Shown here one piece after another: positions 46,827 through 56,307 of a DNA stretch of 64,000 nucleotides. The position numbers and the translations under genes were made by a program. Source of the stretch: an uncultured Chloroflexia bacterium (GTDB taxonomy: Bacteria; Chloroflexota; Limnocylindria; Limnocylindrales; CSP1-4); the NCBI GenBank assembly GCA_963768035.1, contig CAVYGJ010000002.1, positions 593,079 through 657,078 of the forward strand, in the 5' to 3' direction. The notes under the pieces were generated by a model. The model had not been told where the DNA came from and did no database searches. It saw nothing but the letters and a program-made list of their open reading frames with translations. The first letter of the stretch is position 1, and each line of letters starts with the position of its first letter.

Positions 46827-46874
46827 TTGACACGGCGCGCGGTGCGACGTACGATCATTCAACCAAAAGGTTGA
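46827..46874 (+). promoter_or_regulatory. Sigma-70-type promoter plus palindromic operator upstream of the arsR-family gene
   Basis: TTGACA (46827-32), a 17-nt spacer, TACGAT (46850-55). Next comes a perfect 6-4-6 palindrome TCAACC-AAAA-GGTTGA (46859-74), then AAGGAG and ATG 46889. Confidence 0.5.
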
Positions 46875-46888
46875 TTGTAAGGAGTGCG

Positions 46889-47227
46889 ATGCAGGCGGCC
46901 GGGATCACGATGACGTTCGCCGCGCTGGGTGACCCCGTGCGGAGCGCGATCGTGGGCCGCCTCGCGGACGGTGACGCGACGGTCAACGAGCTCGCCGCCC
47001 TGTTCCCGATCACCCTCCAGGCCGTGTCGCGCCACATCGGCGTGCTCGAGGCCGCGGGGGTGGTGACCCGCCGCCGGGAGGGGAAGACCCGACCCGTGCA
47101 CCTGGAGCCGGCCGTGCTGGCCAGCTCCGCCGACTGGCTCGAGGCCCACCGGCGTCGCCTCGAGACGAAGTACCGGCGCCTCGACGCGCTGCTCGCGACG
47201 CCACCCAAGACGAAGGAACCCCGATGA
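46889..47227 (+). CDS. ArsR/SmtB-family transcriptional regulator
   Basis: FAALGDPVRSAIVGRLADGDATVNELAALFPITLQAVSRHIGVLEAAGVV (winged HTH). Strong Shine-Dalgarno. ATGA overlap with the next gene. Confidence 0.85.
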   Translation: MQAAGITMTFAALGDPVRSAIVGRLADGDATVNELAALFPITLQAVSRHIGVLEAAGVVTRRREGKTRPVHLEPAVLASSADWLEAHRRRLETKYRRLDALLATPPKTKEPR

Positions 47228-47694
47228 CCAGCAAGCGCACCGTCGTCGCCAGCCCGGCGAGCCAGACCATCTCCTGGACCCGCGAGTTCGAGGCACCTGC
47301 CGCCCGCGTGTTCGAGGCCCACACGGACGCGGACATGCTTCCCCTGTGGACCGGCCCCGCAGGCACCACCCTCCACATGCGCGAGTTCGACGCCCGGACC
47401 GGCGGCTGCTGGAGCTACGTGATCCGCGCCGGCAGCGGGGACGAGTGGGCGTTCCACGGCTCGTTCCACGAGATCACGGCGCCGAGCCGGCTCGTCCAGA
47501 CCTTCGAGTTCGAGGGCGAGCCCGGCCACCCGAACGTCGAGGTCATCGAGTTCGAGGACCTGCCCGGCGGCCGGAGCCGCCTGTCGGGCCTCTCGGTGTT
47601 CCTGTCCGTGGCCGATCGGGACGCGATGCTCGGCGACATGGACAGCGGCATGGACGAGAACTTCGAGCGCCTCGACGCGCTGCTGGCGGGCTGA
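47224..47694 (+). CDS. SRPBCC-superfamily (AHSA1/START-like) protein
   Basis: 156 aa with ISWTREFEAPAARVFEAHTDADMLPLW...HGSFHEITAPSRLVQTFEFEG. This is the common ArsR-SRPBCC gene pair. Confidence 0.8.
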   Translation: MTSKRTVVASPASQTISWTREFEAPAARVFEAHTDADMLPLWTGPAGTTLHMREFDARTGGCWSYVIRAGSGDEWAFHGSFHEITAPSRLVQTFEFEGEPGHPNVEVIEFEDLPGGRSRLSGLSVFLSVADRDAMLGDMDSGMDENFERLDALLAG

Positions 47695-47760
47695 CCAGCC
47701 CTCGGGCGCGTCGAGGAAGGCGAGGGCCGCGTGGCGCGTACACGCCGAAGGCGTCCGCCT

Positions 47761-48459
47761 TCAGGAGCTGGCGGGCGTCGGGCGAGGCTGGGCCGCGGAG
47801 GTTGCCGCCGGCCTGCCGTCGAGGTAGGCGAGCACGGCGAGGACGCGCCGGTTGTCGCGCGCGTCGTACTCGAGCTCGAACTTCGAGAAGATCACGCTGA
47901 TCGCCCCCTCCACGGTCTTGGCGGAGAGGGCAAGCGCATCCGCGATCGAGCGGTTCGAGCGGCCCTCGGCGAGCAGCGCCAGGATCTCCTGCTCGCGCTT
48001 CGTCAGCCGCCCGAGCCGGTCGTTGGTGCGGCGCGCGCGGACGAGCTCGTCCACCACGGCGGGGTCGATGGCCGATCCGCCGGCCGCGACGCGGAGGGCC
48101 GCCTCGGCCAGCTCACTCGCCTCGCCAAGGCGGTCCTTGAGCAGGTAGCCCACGCCGCCGGCACCGGAGCCCAGGAGGCGCAGCGCGTAGTCCGGCTCGA
48201 GGTACTGGGACAACACGAGCACCCGCACCCGGTCGGCGTAGCGTGCCCGGATCTCGAGCGCCGCGGTCAGGCCTGCGTTGCCACCGGGCGGCATGCGGAT
48301 GTCGACGACTGCGAGATCGGGCAGCGTCTCGGCGACGACGGCCAGCAGCTCGTCCGCGGTCTTCGCCTCGCGGACGACCTCGATCCCGACGCCCTCGAGG
48401 ATCCGGACGACGCCGGTCCGGATGACCCCGGAGTCATCGGCAACGACCGCGGTCGTCAT
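47761..48459 (-). CDS. NarL/FixJ (LuxR-type) response regulator
   Basis: Receiver domain (VVADDSGVIR...DLAVVDIRMP) plus a LuxR HTH (LTKREQEILALLAEGRSNRSIADALALSAKTVEGAIS). Confidence 0.9.
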   Translation of the reverse strand: MTTAVVADDSGVIRTGVVRILEGVGIEVVREAKTADELLAVVAETLPDLAVVDIRMPPGGNAGLTAALEIRARYADRVRVLVLSQYLEPDYALRLLGSGAGGVGYLLKDRLGEASELAEAALRVAAGGSAIDPAVVDELVRARRTNDRLGRLTKREQEILALLAEGRSNRSIADALALSAKTVEGAISVIFSKFELEYDARDNRRVLAVLAYLDGRPAATSAAQPRPTPASS

Positions 48460-50276
48460 GGCAGCGGGACCGTGGCCCGGATCGTCGTGCCGGTGCCCGG
48501 CGACGAGACCACATCGAGCTGCCCGTCGACCGCAGCCAGCCGATCGGTCAGCCCCCGCAGCCCTGAGCCAGCCGCCGGGTCCGCCCCGCCGCGGCCGTCG
48601 TCCTCCACCGCGACCTCCACCCGGTCGCCGGCGTCGTGGATCGTGACGACGGCCTGCGTCGCCCGGGCGTGCCGCGCGGCGTTGGTCAGCGCCTCGGCGA
48701 CGGTGAAGTAGAGCGTCGACTCGACGTGCTGCGGGAACCGGCGCGCGAGGTCCGAATCGACAGAGACCGCGACCCCCGCTCGTCGTGCCAGGGCCGCGAC
48801 GGCCGCCGGCAGCCCGTCGTCCTCGAGGATCGCCGGATGGATGCCGCGGGCGAGCTCACGCAGGTCGTCGATGGCGCCTTGGAGCTCGTCGGCCGTCGCG
48901 GCGAGCTCGTCCCGTAGCTCGGGTGCCGCGTCCGTGGTCGAGGCGGTCTCGCGTGCCTGTCGGAGCGCGATCGCGACGGCGACGAGCCGCTGTTGCGCCC
49001 CGTCGTGGAGGTCGCGTTCCACCCGCCGGCGCTCCTCTTCGGCGGCGATCGCGAGGCGGGCACGCGACGCCTTTGTTTCCTCGAGCTGGGCCTGGAGGGC
49101 CGCGTCCAGCCGCTCGTTCTCGACGGCGAGCCGCAGGACCGCCATCACGGACCCGACGAGCGCGGGATCCTCGCGCAGCACCGGGTCGTGGACGATCGCG
49201 GCGAGCGGCGCCCCGTCGTGCTCCAGCAGCGTCACCGCGTGCGTGTCGCCATCGACCGGCGCAGGGACCGGCCTGCCGTCGGCCGCCGTCCAGCCACCAC
49301 CTGACGGATCGGGTCGCACGAGCCGGAGGCTCGGATCGCCCAGCGCAGCCGCGAGCGCCGACTCGAGGCGGATGGGGGACGGCACCGTTCCCAGCCCGAC
49401 GGCGAGCGCCACGAGCGGGCCGCCCGCCCGGCGTAACCGGAGCGAGCCGACGACGAGGCCGACCGGGACGAGCAGGCGGGCGAGGAACAGCAGCCACGAG
49501 AACGGCTCCTCCCAGGCCTCGGGAAGCGTGAGCAGCGGCTCGCCCGTCGCGGTGCCGTACGCGGTCTCGGTCGCGTCGAACGCCGCCGCGCTCATCGCGA
49601 CGATGCCCGCGACGAGGATCGGCCACATCACGTGGCGGACAATCGGCCGGCTGCCGACCAGGCGCGCGAGGCAGACCAGCGCGACCGCGAGCGCGAGGAT
49701 CGCGATCACGGCACTCGTGACGGACTCGACCGTGAAGAACGCATCCGGCGAGGCAGCGATCGCGAAGGGGTTGGGCGGCAAGCCGGCGTCGGGCGCGATC
49801 TGCGCAGGGTCCTGGAGCAGCAGCCGCGAGGCGCTGCGGACGACGAATGCAGCCAGCATCGCCAACGAGAGCCAGCGGCCCAGCCCCGTCGGCAGCCGCG
49901 CCGGCAGCGAGAGCACGAGCACCGCCAATGCGACGTCGTAGTAGCCCTGGAACGCGAATCCGAGGTGGGTGACGATCGGGAGGCCGGTCGGCGCGTAGCT
50001 CCCAAGGAAGTTCAGCGCCGCGCACGCGACGAGCAGCGGTCCGGTGAGCACCTCCGGCCGGCGCTGCCACGCGATGACTCCGCCGCCGAGGTAGACGAGG
50101 CCGATCACGGCGTCGAGGACGAGGAACCGGGTCGGCGCCCCGTTCGCCGCGCCGACGGCCAGCGTCACGACGGCGAACGCGACAACTGCCGCCGACGCCG
50201 CGACCAGCGACGAGCTCGGGCCGCCGATGGGCGACGCCGCGATCGAGGGCCTTGGGAGGGGCGCCGGCGACTCCAT
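48456..50276 (-). CDS. Polytopic sensor histidine kinase (HisKA_3 / HATPase_c), partner of the response regulator
   Basis: About 10 TM segments, H-box RRRVERDLHDGAQQRL, and an ATPase domain (TVAEALTNAARHA...GLRGLTDRL). ATGA overlap with the response regulator gene. Start chosen at MESPAP. Confidence 0.85.
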   Translation of the reverse strand: MESPAPLPRPSIAASPIGGPSSSLVAASAAVVAFAVVTLAVGAANGAPTRFLVLDAVIGLVYLGGGVIAWQRRPEVLTGPLLVACAALNFLGSYAPTGLPIVTHLGFAFQGYYDVALAVLVLSLPARLPTGLGRWLSLAMLAAFVVRSASRLLLQDPAQIAPDAGLPPNPFAIAASPDAFFTVESVTSAVIAILALAVALVCLARLVGSRPIVRHVMWPILVAGIVAMSAAAFDATETAYGTATGEPLLTLPEAWEEPFSWLLFLARLLVPVGLVVGSLRLRRAGGPLVALAVGLGTVPSPIRLESALAAALGDPSLRLVRPDPSGGGWTAADGRPVPAPVDGDTHAVTLLEHDGAPLAAIVHDPVLREDPALVGSVMAVLRLAVENERLDAALQAQLEETKASRARLAIAAEEERRRVERDLHDGAQQRLVAVAIALRQARETASTTDAAPELRDELAATADELQGAIDDLRELARGIHPAILEDDGLPAAVAALARRAGVAVSVDSDLARRFPQHVESTLYFTVAEALTNAARHARATQAVVTIHDAGDRVEVAVEDDGRGGADPAAGSGLRGLTDRLAAVDGQLDVVSSPGTGTTIRATVPLP

Positions 50277-50406
50277 GTCGCGAATGGTGGCACAGCGCGT
50301 TGGCGCGCGAGACCCGAGGAATCCCCTGGACTCGCCGGGGTTGCCTCGCTGGCGCGCGGGCGCCGGCACCGTGAGGCTGACGAACACGCAGCTCGTCATC
50401 AGGAGA

Positions 50407-50874
50407 GTGACATGTCGATCACGCGCAGCCTCATCGCGGGCACGCCTCGCTATCACGGCGCTCGCCGTCGCGGCCGGTGGCGCCCTCGCCGCGAAGCCCG
50501 AGACGGTGCACTCCGGGAAGGTCGTGGAGACGTTCTTCGACGACTTCATCTACGACCTGTGCGGCATCGAGACGATGACGACGGTCACCGAGCGGTGGAC
50601 GCTGACCACGTACGCCGATGGATCACAGCGGTTCACCAACAGTCGGAAGTTCGTGCCTCAGGATCGGCGGATCCCGATCGAGTACGGCGCAGGCATGTCG
50701 ACCTGGGACGCGGACGGCGTCCAGACCGTCCACGGCTCGCCGATCCGCCTCCAGCGTCGCGGTGAGGGAATCATCTTGCTCGATGCCGGGTTCGTGACGC
50801 TGAGCGACGACCCGACGGTCCACGGTCCGCATCCGTCGCTGGGCCTCGACCTCGCGGCGCTGTACTGCCCCTGA
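50407..50874 (+). CDS. Small secreted hypothetical protein
   Basis: Signal-like N-terminus (ARLAITALAVAAGGALAA). The in-frame GTG at 50407 sits only 1 nt after AGGAG, while an out-of-frame ATG at 50412 has ideal spacing. The start, or a very early frameshift, is therefore unresolved. Confidence 0.5.
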   Translation: MTCRSRAASSRARLAITALAVAAGGALAAKPETVHSGKVVETFFDDFIYDLCGIETMTTVTERWTLTTYADGSQRFTNSRKFVPQDRRIPIEYGAGMSTWDADGVQTVHGSPIRLQRRGEGIILLDAGFVTLSDDPTVHGPHPSLGLDLAALYCP

Positions 50875-50903
50875 GGGGGTAGCGGGCCTGGAGACTGTTC
50901 AGG

Positions 50904-51734
50904 CTAGCCGTCGGGCGCGTCAAGGAAGGCGAGCGCCGTCTCCGCGAGGAGCGGCGAGGCGAAGATCGTGTAGTGCTGGAGGCCCGGCAGGATCGCCAGC
51001 GCGTGACCGCCGGCCGGCCGGCCCTCGCCCATCCAGCCCCCGTCCCGCTGCCCGCCGCCGAGGAGCTCGAACGCCTCGACGGCGTGGCTCGGCGGGAACA
51101 TGTCGGCGTCCGCCGCGACGTACAGCGTCGGGACCTGGAGCGCGCGGAACTGGTCGGTGAAGTCGAAGTCCTCGGCCATCCAGGCGCCCATCTTGTCGAG
51201 CAGCCGCGGGAAGTCCTCGGGCCGCGGCGCGACCCGCTCGTAGGTCTGGAACATCGGCGTGTCGCGCATCATCGGCGCCGCCTCGCCGGTGAGCTGTTGC
51301 TGCTGCTCGCCGATGGCCTGGTAGGCCGCGTCCTTGCGCAGGTACGCCGACACGAGCACGAGCTTGCGCACGAGGCCCGGGTGACGGAGCGCCACGTGGA
51401 ACGCGACCCCGCCACCGAGCGAGTAGCCCATCACGTCGGGCCGCCCGACGCCGAGATGGCCGATGAGCGCCCCGATGTCGTCGGCCATCGCCTCGAGGGT
51501 GATCGGCCGATCGACGTCCGCCGTCCGCCCGTGGGCCTGGAGGTCCACGGCGATGACCTGGTGCGACTCCGAGAGGCGGGGGAGGATCGGCCCGAACATC
51601 TCGCCCGAGCCCAGCCCGCCGTGGAGCAGGACGAGGGGCCGTCCGCTCCCGTGCGTCTCGTAGTAGAGGTTGATGCCATTGACGTCGGCGTACGCGCCGG
51701 TCCCCGGTGTATCGCTCGTCCACTCGGTGCTCAT
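50904..51734 (-). CDS. Alpha/beta-fold hydrolase
   Basis: 276 aa with the HGGLGSG oxyanion region, nucleophile elbow GYSLGG and a C-terminal His region (GLQHY). Confidence 0.85.
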   Translation of the reverse strand: MSTEWTSDTPGTGAYADVNGINLYYETHGSGRPLVLLHGGLGSGEMFGPILPRLSESHQVIAVDLQAHGRTADVDRPITLEAMADDIGALIGHLGVGRPDVMGYSLGGGVAFHVALRHPGLVRKLVLVSAYLRKDAAYQAIGEQQQQLTGEAAPMMRDTPMFQTYERVAPRPEDFPRLLDKMGAWMAEDFDFTDQFRALQVPTLYVAADADMFPPSHAVEAFELLGGGQRDGGWMGEGRPAGGHALAILPGLQHYTIFASPLLAETALAFLDAPDG

Positions 51735-51842
51735 CGGCGGATTCTAGGCCGACAGCGGCGAGGTTGACCCGGAGGCGCATGATTGGGTCCACCGCCCCGG
51801 CAAGGGGCCGGGATGCGATGGTCGCTCGCGGGAGCACCACAT

Positions 51843-52139
51843 ATGCAGGCGTCCCCATTTCCCAGCTCGGTCATCCGCGCTCCACGGGTCGATGCGACCT
51901 GCACGTGTGAGCACTGGGTCCACTGCGCCCACGCGTGTCATGCGATGGACTGCGACCCGACCGAGGCCGTCTGCCACCTCGACTACCGTCCCGACGAGGG
52001 CGGGCTCACGCTCTGGGGCTGCCCGGAGTGCACGCCCGGCGAGCACGCGCCGCACCTCCTGGGCTGCGAGCTCATCGGCTGGAACGTCCCGATGCCCGCA
52101 GCCGCCGGCCCGTTGACCTCGGACCACGCCGGCCACTGA
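51843..52139 (+). CDS. Cys/His-rich small hypothetical protein
   Basis: 98 codons from ATG 51843, with 10 Cys and ~9 His (CTCEHWVHCAHACHAMDC...CH...CPEC...HAPHLLGC). G/C third-position bias is consistent with coding. It overlaps the 3' tail of the convergent EamA ORF. TTG 51783 and ATG 51813 are alternative starts. Confidence 0.4.
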   Translation: MQASPFPSSVIRAPRVDATCTCEHWVHCAHACHAMDCDPTEAVCHLDYRPDEGGLTLWGCPECTPGEHAPHLLGCELIGWNVPMPAAAGPLTSDHAGH

Positions 52140-53146
52140 CCGCGCCGTTCCGGGCGCGGCGGTGTCAGGAGCCTGACGCCGCCCAACGCATCGAGAGCGC
52201 GAGCCAACCCGCGCGGACGCGAGCCCGGACCGAGTCCAGCCTCGATGCGCAGCGCCGCGACCGGCACCGGCAGCACGAGCACGAGGCTCACGAGCACGAG
52301 CGCGAAGCTCAGGATGAGCTGCGGCCCGATCGGCTCGCCCAGGATGAGCGCACCCCAGATGATCCCGAACAGCGGCACGATGAAGGTCGCCGTGCTCGCC
52401 ACCGTGGCGTTCGTCCGGGCTGAGACCCGGAAGAACAGCGGCCAGGCGAGGGCGGTCGAGACGAGCGCCATGAGCACGAGCGAGACGGCCCCGTCGAGCC
52501 GGAGCGCACCCGGCGCGCCGCTGAGGATCGCGACCGGCAGCAGGACGACGGCGCCGGCGAGCAGCTGGCCCGCGGCGAGGTCGAGCGGCGCGATGCCGCC
52601 CGTGGACCGCCGGACGTACGTGCCGGCGATCGCGTAGCTGAACGCGGCCAGCAGGCCCGCCCCGAACGCGGCGAGCGTCGCCGGGCCGATCGCGCTGGTG
52701 CCGTTCCCGCCGAGCAGGAACACCACCGTCCCGAACCCGATGACGAGACCCGCGATGACACGCGCCGACAGGCCCTGGCGGAGCCACACGGCGCCGACGA
52801 TCGCGGTGAACAGCGGGGTCGTCGCCATGAGCAGCGAGGCGAGCGAGCCCGGCAGCGTGAGGGTCGCGAAGGCGAGCAGCGAGAAGGGGATCGCGGAGAA
52901 CGTGGCGCCGACGATCGCGAGCTTCATCGCGTGCGGACGGAGGGCGAGCAGCCGGCGCGGCCCGATGAACGCGCCGATCATCGTTCCGGCGAGCGCGATG
53001 CGGATCTCGGCCGTCCAGATGGGTCCCACCTCGGGCGAGGCGACGCGGAAGAACAGGAACGCCGCGCCGAAGACGGCGCCGAGGTAGATCAGCGACGCGA
53101 GGTCGCCGATGCCGACGCGGGAGGTGGAGGACGGTTGCTGGCTCAT
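51983..53146 (-). CDS. EamA/DMT-family transporter
   Basis: Ten hydrophobic helices in two EamA-like halves. The last ~85 codons (after ...VPVAALRIEAG) are non-membrane low-complexity sequence, so the true stop may lie further upstream. Confidence 0.75.
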   Translation of the reverse strand: MSQQPSSTSRVGIGDLASLIYLGAVFGAAFLFFRVASPEVGPIWTAEIRIALAGTMIGAFIGPRRLLALRPHAMKLAIVGATFSAIPFSLLAFATLTLPGSLASLLMATTPLFTAIVGAVWLRQGLSARVIAGLVIGFGTVVFLLGGNGTSAIGPATLAAFGAGLLAAFSYAIAGTYVRRSTGGIAPLDLAAGQLLAGAVVLLPVAILSGAPGALRLDGAVSLVLMALVSTALAWPLFFRVSARTNATVASTATFIVPLFGIIWGALILGEPIGPQLILSFALVLVSLVLVLPVPVAALRIEAGLGPGSRPRGLARALDALGGVRLLTPPRPERRGQWPAWSEVNGPAAAGIGTFQPMSSQPRRCGACSPGVHSGQPQSVSPPSSGR

Positions 53147-53348
53147 CCCCCGATCGTCGTGGGGACCGGGCACCCGGATAGTGGGCGCCCGTCATCGACG
53201 TGCGTACGTCAATGGTCGCGACGCGCGCGGGACGGTACCGGACGCCACGGTACGTCTGGACCGGTCCGTGGCGGCCGGGCGTCGGGCACACTGATGGCCG
53301 GCACAACGTTGGCGGCACCGATCGCCCGCCCGCGTGCCTGGGGGTTCG

Positions 53349-55067
53349 ATGCGCCACGCAGCCCGAGTCATCTTCGCGGCCGTGCTCGCCGTCGGTGGAT
53401 ACCTGCCGGCTGCGGTGGTCGCGACCGCGCCCGTCGCGGAGGCGGTCGGCAGCGCGGCCACGGGGACCTGGTCGACGCTCGGCGAGTACCGCGTGAGCCC
53501 CAAGCCCACGAGCCTGACGAACCGCAGCCGCGAGCCGATCGTGACGGCCCACCCGTCCAATCCGCTTCGGCTGGCCGTCGTCTATGCCGCCGGCCCGGGC
53601 GAGGAGAGCCACCCCGTCGTCCGGATCAGCCGCGATGGCGGCAAGACGTGGCGGTCGACCTCGGGCCACCCGCGGGGCGGCGGCAGCCACCCGATGGTCG
53701 CGTGGGGCCCGGGTCCGACCCGTGGCTCGGCGCGGCTGTGGTACACGGCGATGGTCGGCGACCCGAACAACTACCACTTCGGCGTGAGCTACAGCGACAA
53801 CGAGGGCACGACCTGGCACCTGTCCTACATCGCCGACAACACGCGCGGCTGGTTCGGCGGGATGGAGGACATCACCGTCGACACGAACCTGGCGAGCCCG
53901 AACTTCGGCGCGATCTACCTCGCCTACAACTGGCCGAAGGACCCCAATGGCGGCGACGGGCTGCGGGTCATCGCGTCGCGCAACTTCGGGCGGACCTGGT
54001 CCGAGACCGAGATCCCGAAGGTCACGCCGCCGACCGGCTACGGCGACGCGTGGCGCATCGGCTACAAGCTGACGACCGCCCCCGACGGCGCCGCGTACGT
54101 GGCGGGCTACCAGCTCGACATGAAGCACTGGAGCATCACCTGCCCGTTCTGCAAGGGCGGTACCTCGAACGTCGGGCGGATCGTGTTCGGCGTCGTCGCG
54201 GCTGCACCTCGACCGGGCGACCGGCAGGCTCACCCATTCGGCGAACGTGCTCGCGACGAGGCTGCCGGAGACCTCGTGGAACCTCGGCTACACGTCGTGG
54301 CTCAAGGGCGTGAACGTCGGTCTCGCCGAGCCGTGCTGGGCGACGGGCCTCGTCGTCGATGCGAAGGGCCGGATCTACTACGCCGTCGCGGGCGACGGCC
54401 GGATCCGGATCGTCTACAGCGACGACCGTGGCCGCACATGGCACACGCGCTACCTGCCCCACGCCCCCGGCGCGAACGGCCGGTCGCAGCTGTCGATGCG
54501 CCCCGAGCTCGTCGTGGGCGACGGGTTCCTGGCCGTCCTGTTCCACACCGTCGATGCGTCCGGCAGCAGCCGGACCGCCGGCAACGCCGTGGCGGTGAGC
54601 TTCAACCGGGGCGCGACGTGGGTGGGGCCGAAGCCCGTCAACGGCCATCGCTGGGCCATCGCGCGGATCATCGCGCGCTACAACGGGCCCGGCCTCCGCG
54701 ACGAGGCGACGCTGCTCGCGGACGGCAGGACGATCTACTTCGCGTACGGCGACGGTCGCGACGGGCTGTCGGCCGCGTTCGGCGCGCGGATCCGCGTGAC
54801 GCTCCCCGTGGCGCCGCCGCCTCCGCCGCCCCCGTCGCCGACACCCACACCCACGCCGCCGCCGACACCCACGCCGGCGCCCACGGACACGCCCGCGCCC
54901 GCGGCGCCGGTCGCCACGCCTGCCCCCACGGCGACCCCGACGCCGGTCCGACGCCCGCCGCCCACGCCGCGCCGACGCCGCCGACCCCGCCACCGACGGC
55001 CCCGCCGACCCCGACGCCCGAGCCGCCGACCGACCCGCCCGCGTCACCGTCGGTCGAGCCCGGCTGA
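53349..55067 (+). pseudogene. Secreted BNR/Asp-box repeat (sialidase-fold) protein with a Pro/Thr-rich tail; frame changes near 54200 and probably 54948
   Basis: Signal peptide, then five SxDxGxTW-type boxes (SRDGGKTW, SDNEGTTW, SRNFGRTW, SDDRGRTW, SFNRGATW). The first three are in frame 0 and the last two in frame 1. The PT-rich end with the stop at 55067 is back in frame 0. Confidence 0.75.
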
Positions 55068-55169
55068 CGCGCGAGGCGCCCGTCGGCCTCAGATCCACAC
55101 GAGGACGATCGTCGCCAGGACGAGGACGGCAGCACACGACGGCGTCGCATCCGGTCATCGCCCGAGCGG

Positions 55170-55621
55170 TCAGCCGGCCGCGCCGCCCCTGAGCTCCGCC
55201 TCGGCCTCGTCGAGGTGCTCGTCCCGGTGGAGGTGGCGCCGGACCCAGCGCGGATGGGCGTCGAGGAGCAGCGCCGGCGAGCGGCCCCTCCAGCGTCGCG
55301 ATGAACGCTGTCGATCTCGGACGCGGCATCGAGGGCGAGGAGCACGGCATCGCTCGGCGGGATGGCGGCCCACAACGGCAGCGACAGGTCGTTGACGACG
55401 ATGTCGACGTCGGCGGCCGTCGGCGCGTTCGCCGCGACGCTCCGGCGGAGCGAGTCGAGCGCCCGGCGATCCCAGAACGCGAGGTGGGCGAGCGTGATCG
55501 CCACCGTCCAGTGCTCGCCTACCGGGTGCCGCATCGCGTCCTCGGTCAGGTGTTCGGCCATCGCGCGGATCCGCTCGGTGCTGCGTTCGTTGGCGGCGAG
55601 GATCTCGGGATCGACGGGCAT
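55170..55621 (-). pseudogene. DinB-family (four-helix-bundle) protein, two closely spaced frameshifts
   Basis: The N-terminal part HWTVAITLAHLAFWDRRAL is in one frame and the C-terminal part LLLDAHPRWVRRHLHRDEHLDEAEAEL in another. The junction lies at ~55290-55330. Confidence 0.6.
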
Positions 55622-55625
55622 CGGG

Positions 55626-56165
55626 TCATACCTCAGGCGGAGGTGCAATCCTGCCCGACGGTGCGCTCCGTGTCAGCCGGCTAGGCCACGGGCACGAGCG
55701 CCGCGACGCGACCGGATCGCGCATCGCGCTGAGCGAGACGCCGATGCCGTACGTCACGAACCGGCCCTCCGGGACGAGCTCGAGGAGCACGGCCCGCGAC
55801 TTCCGCTCCTCGGGGACGAGCGCCTCGAGCGCCGTCGGAAGGTCGGCCGCCGCCATGGAGCCCGCCGGATGCACGACGGCGCGGGCACGGAAGCTGACCG
55901 TCGCCGGCGGGATCGGGAACAGCAGCGACAGGATGCCGCCACGCCGGACGGGGATCGTCACCGAGACGGCCTCGCCGTCCTCGATCTGGCGCGCCTTCCA
56001 GCTGTCGGGCGCCACGGTGACGTACAGGTGTCGATCGACGATCGCGTACACGACGCCGCTCGAGCGGGGCTCGCCCCTGGCATTGGTGTGCGCGAGGACG
56101 GCGAACGAAGCGTGGTCGATGGCGCGCCACACGTCGTCGCAATGGATGGTGGGTCCGGCCGTCAC
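55626..56165 (-). CDS. Pyridoxamine 5'-phosphate oxidase-fold (PNPOx-like) protein
   Basis: FAVLAHTNARGEPRSSGVVYAIVDRHLYVTV...WKARQIEDGEAVSVTIPV. The C-terminal ~35 aa look non-native, so a shift to the TAG at 55681 is possible. Confidence 0.65.
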   Translation of the reverse strand: MTAGPTIHCDDVWRAIDHASFAVLAHTNARGEPRSSGVVYAIVDRHLYVTVAPDSWKARQIEDGEAVSVTIPVRRGGILSLLFPIPPATVSFRARAVVHPAGSMAAADLPTALEALVPEERKSRAVLLELVPEGRFVTYGIGVSLSAMRDPVASRRSCPWPSRLTRSAPSGRIAPPPEV

Positions 56166-56307
56166 GTGAGGCCGTCTGGTCGGTGCTCATCGGGTGTCTC
56201 CAGGCGAGTCGATGCCCGGGACGCGCAGGCTCACGCCAAGTAGGCGCCGGGCGCCTTCGCGGCGCAAGGACCGTTCGGCCCATCCGCGCACTGGGTTCGT
56301 CAGGCGC

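Noticed and set aside
47693-47730. A ~37-nt stretch (CCAGCCCTCGGGCGCGTCGAGGAAGGCGAGGGCCGCG) resembling the 3' end of the alpha/beta-hydrolase gene at 50904-50940 (about 31 of 37 matches). It might be a remnant of a deleted paralog.
   Set aside because: It is too short and too GC-rich to distinguish from chance, and there is no further colinear similarity on either side.
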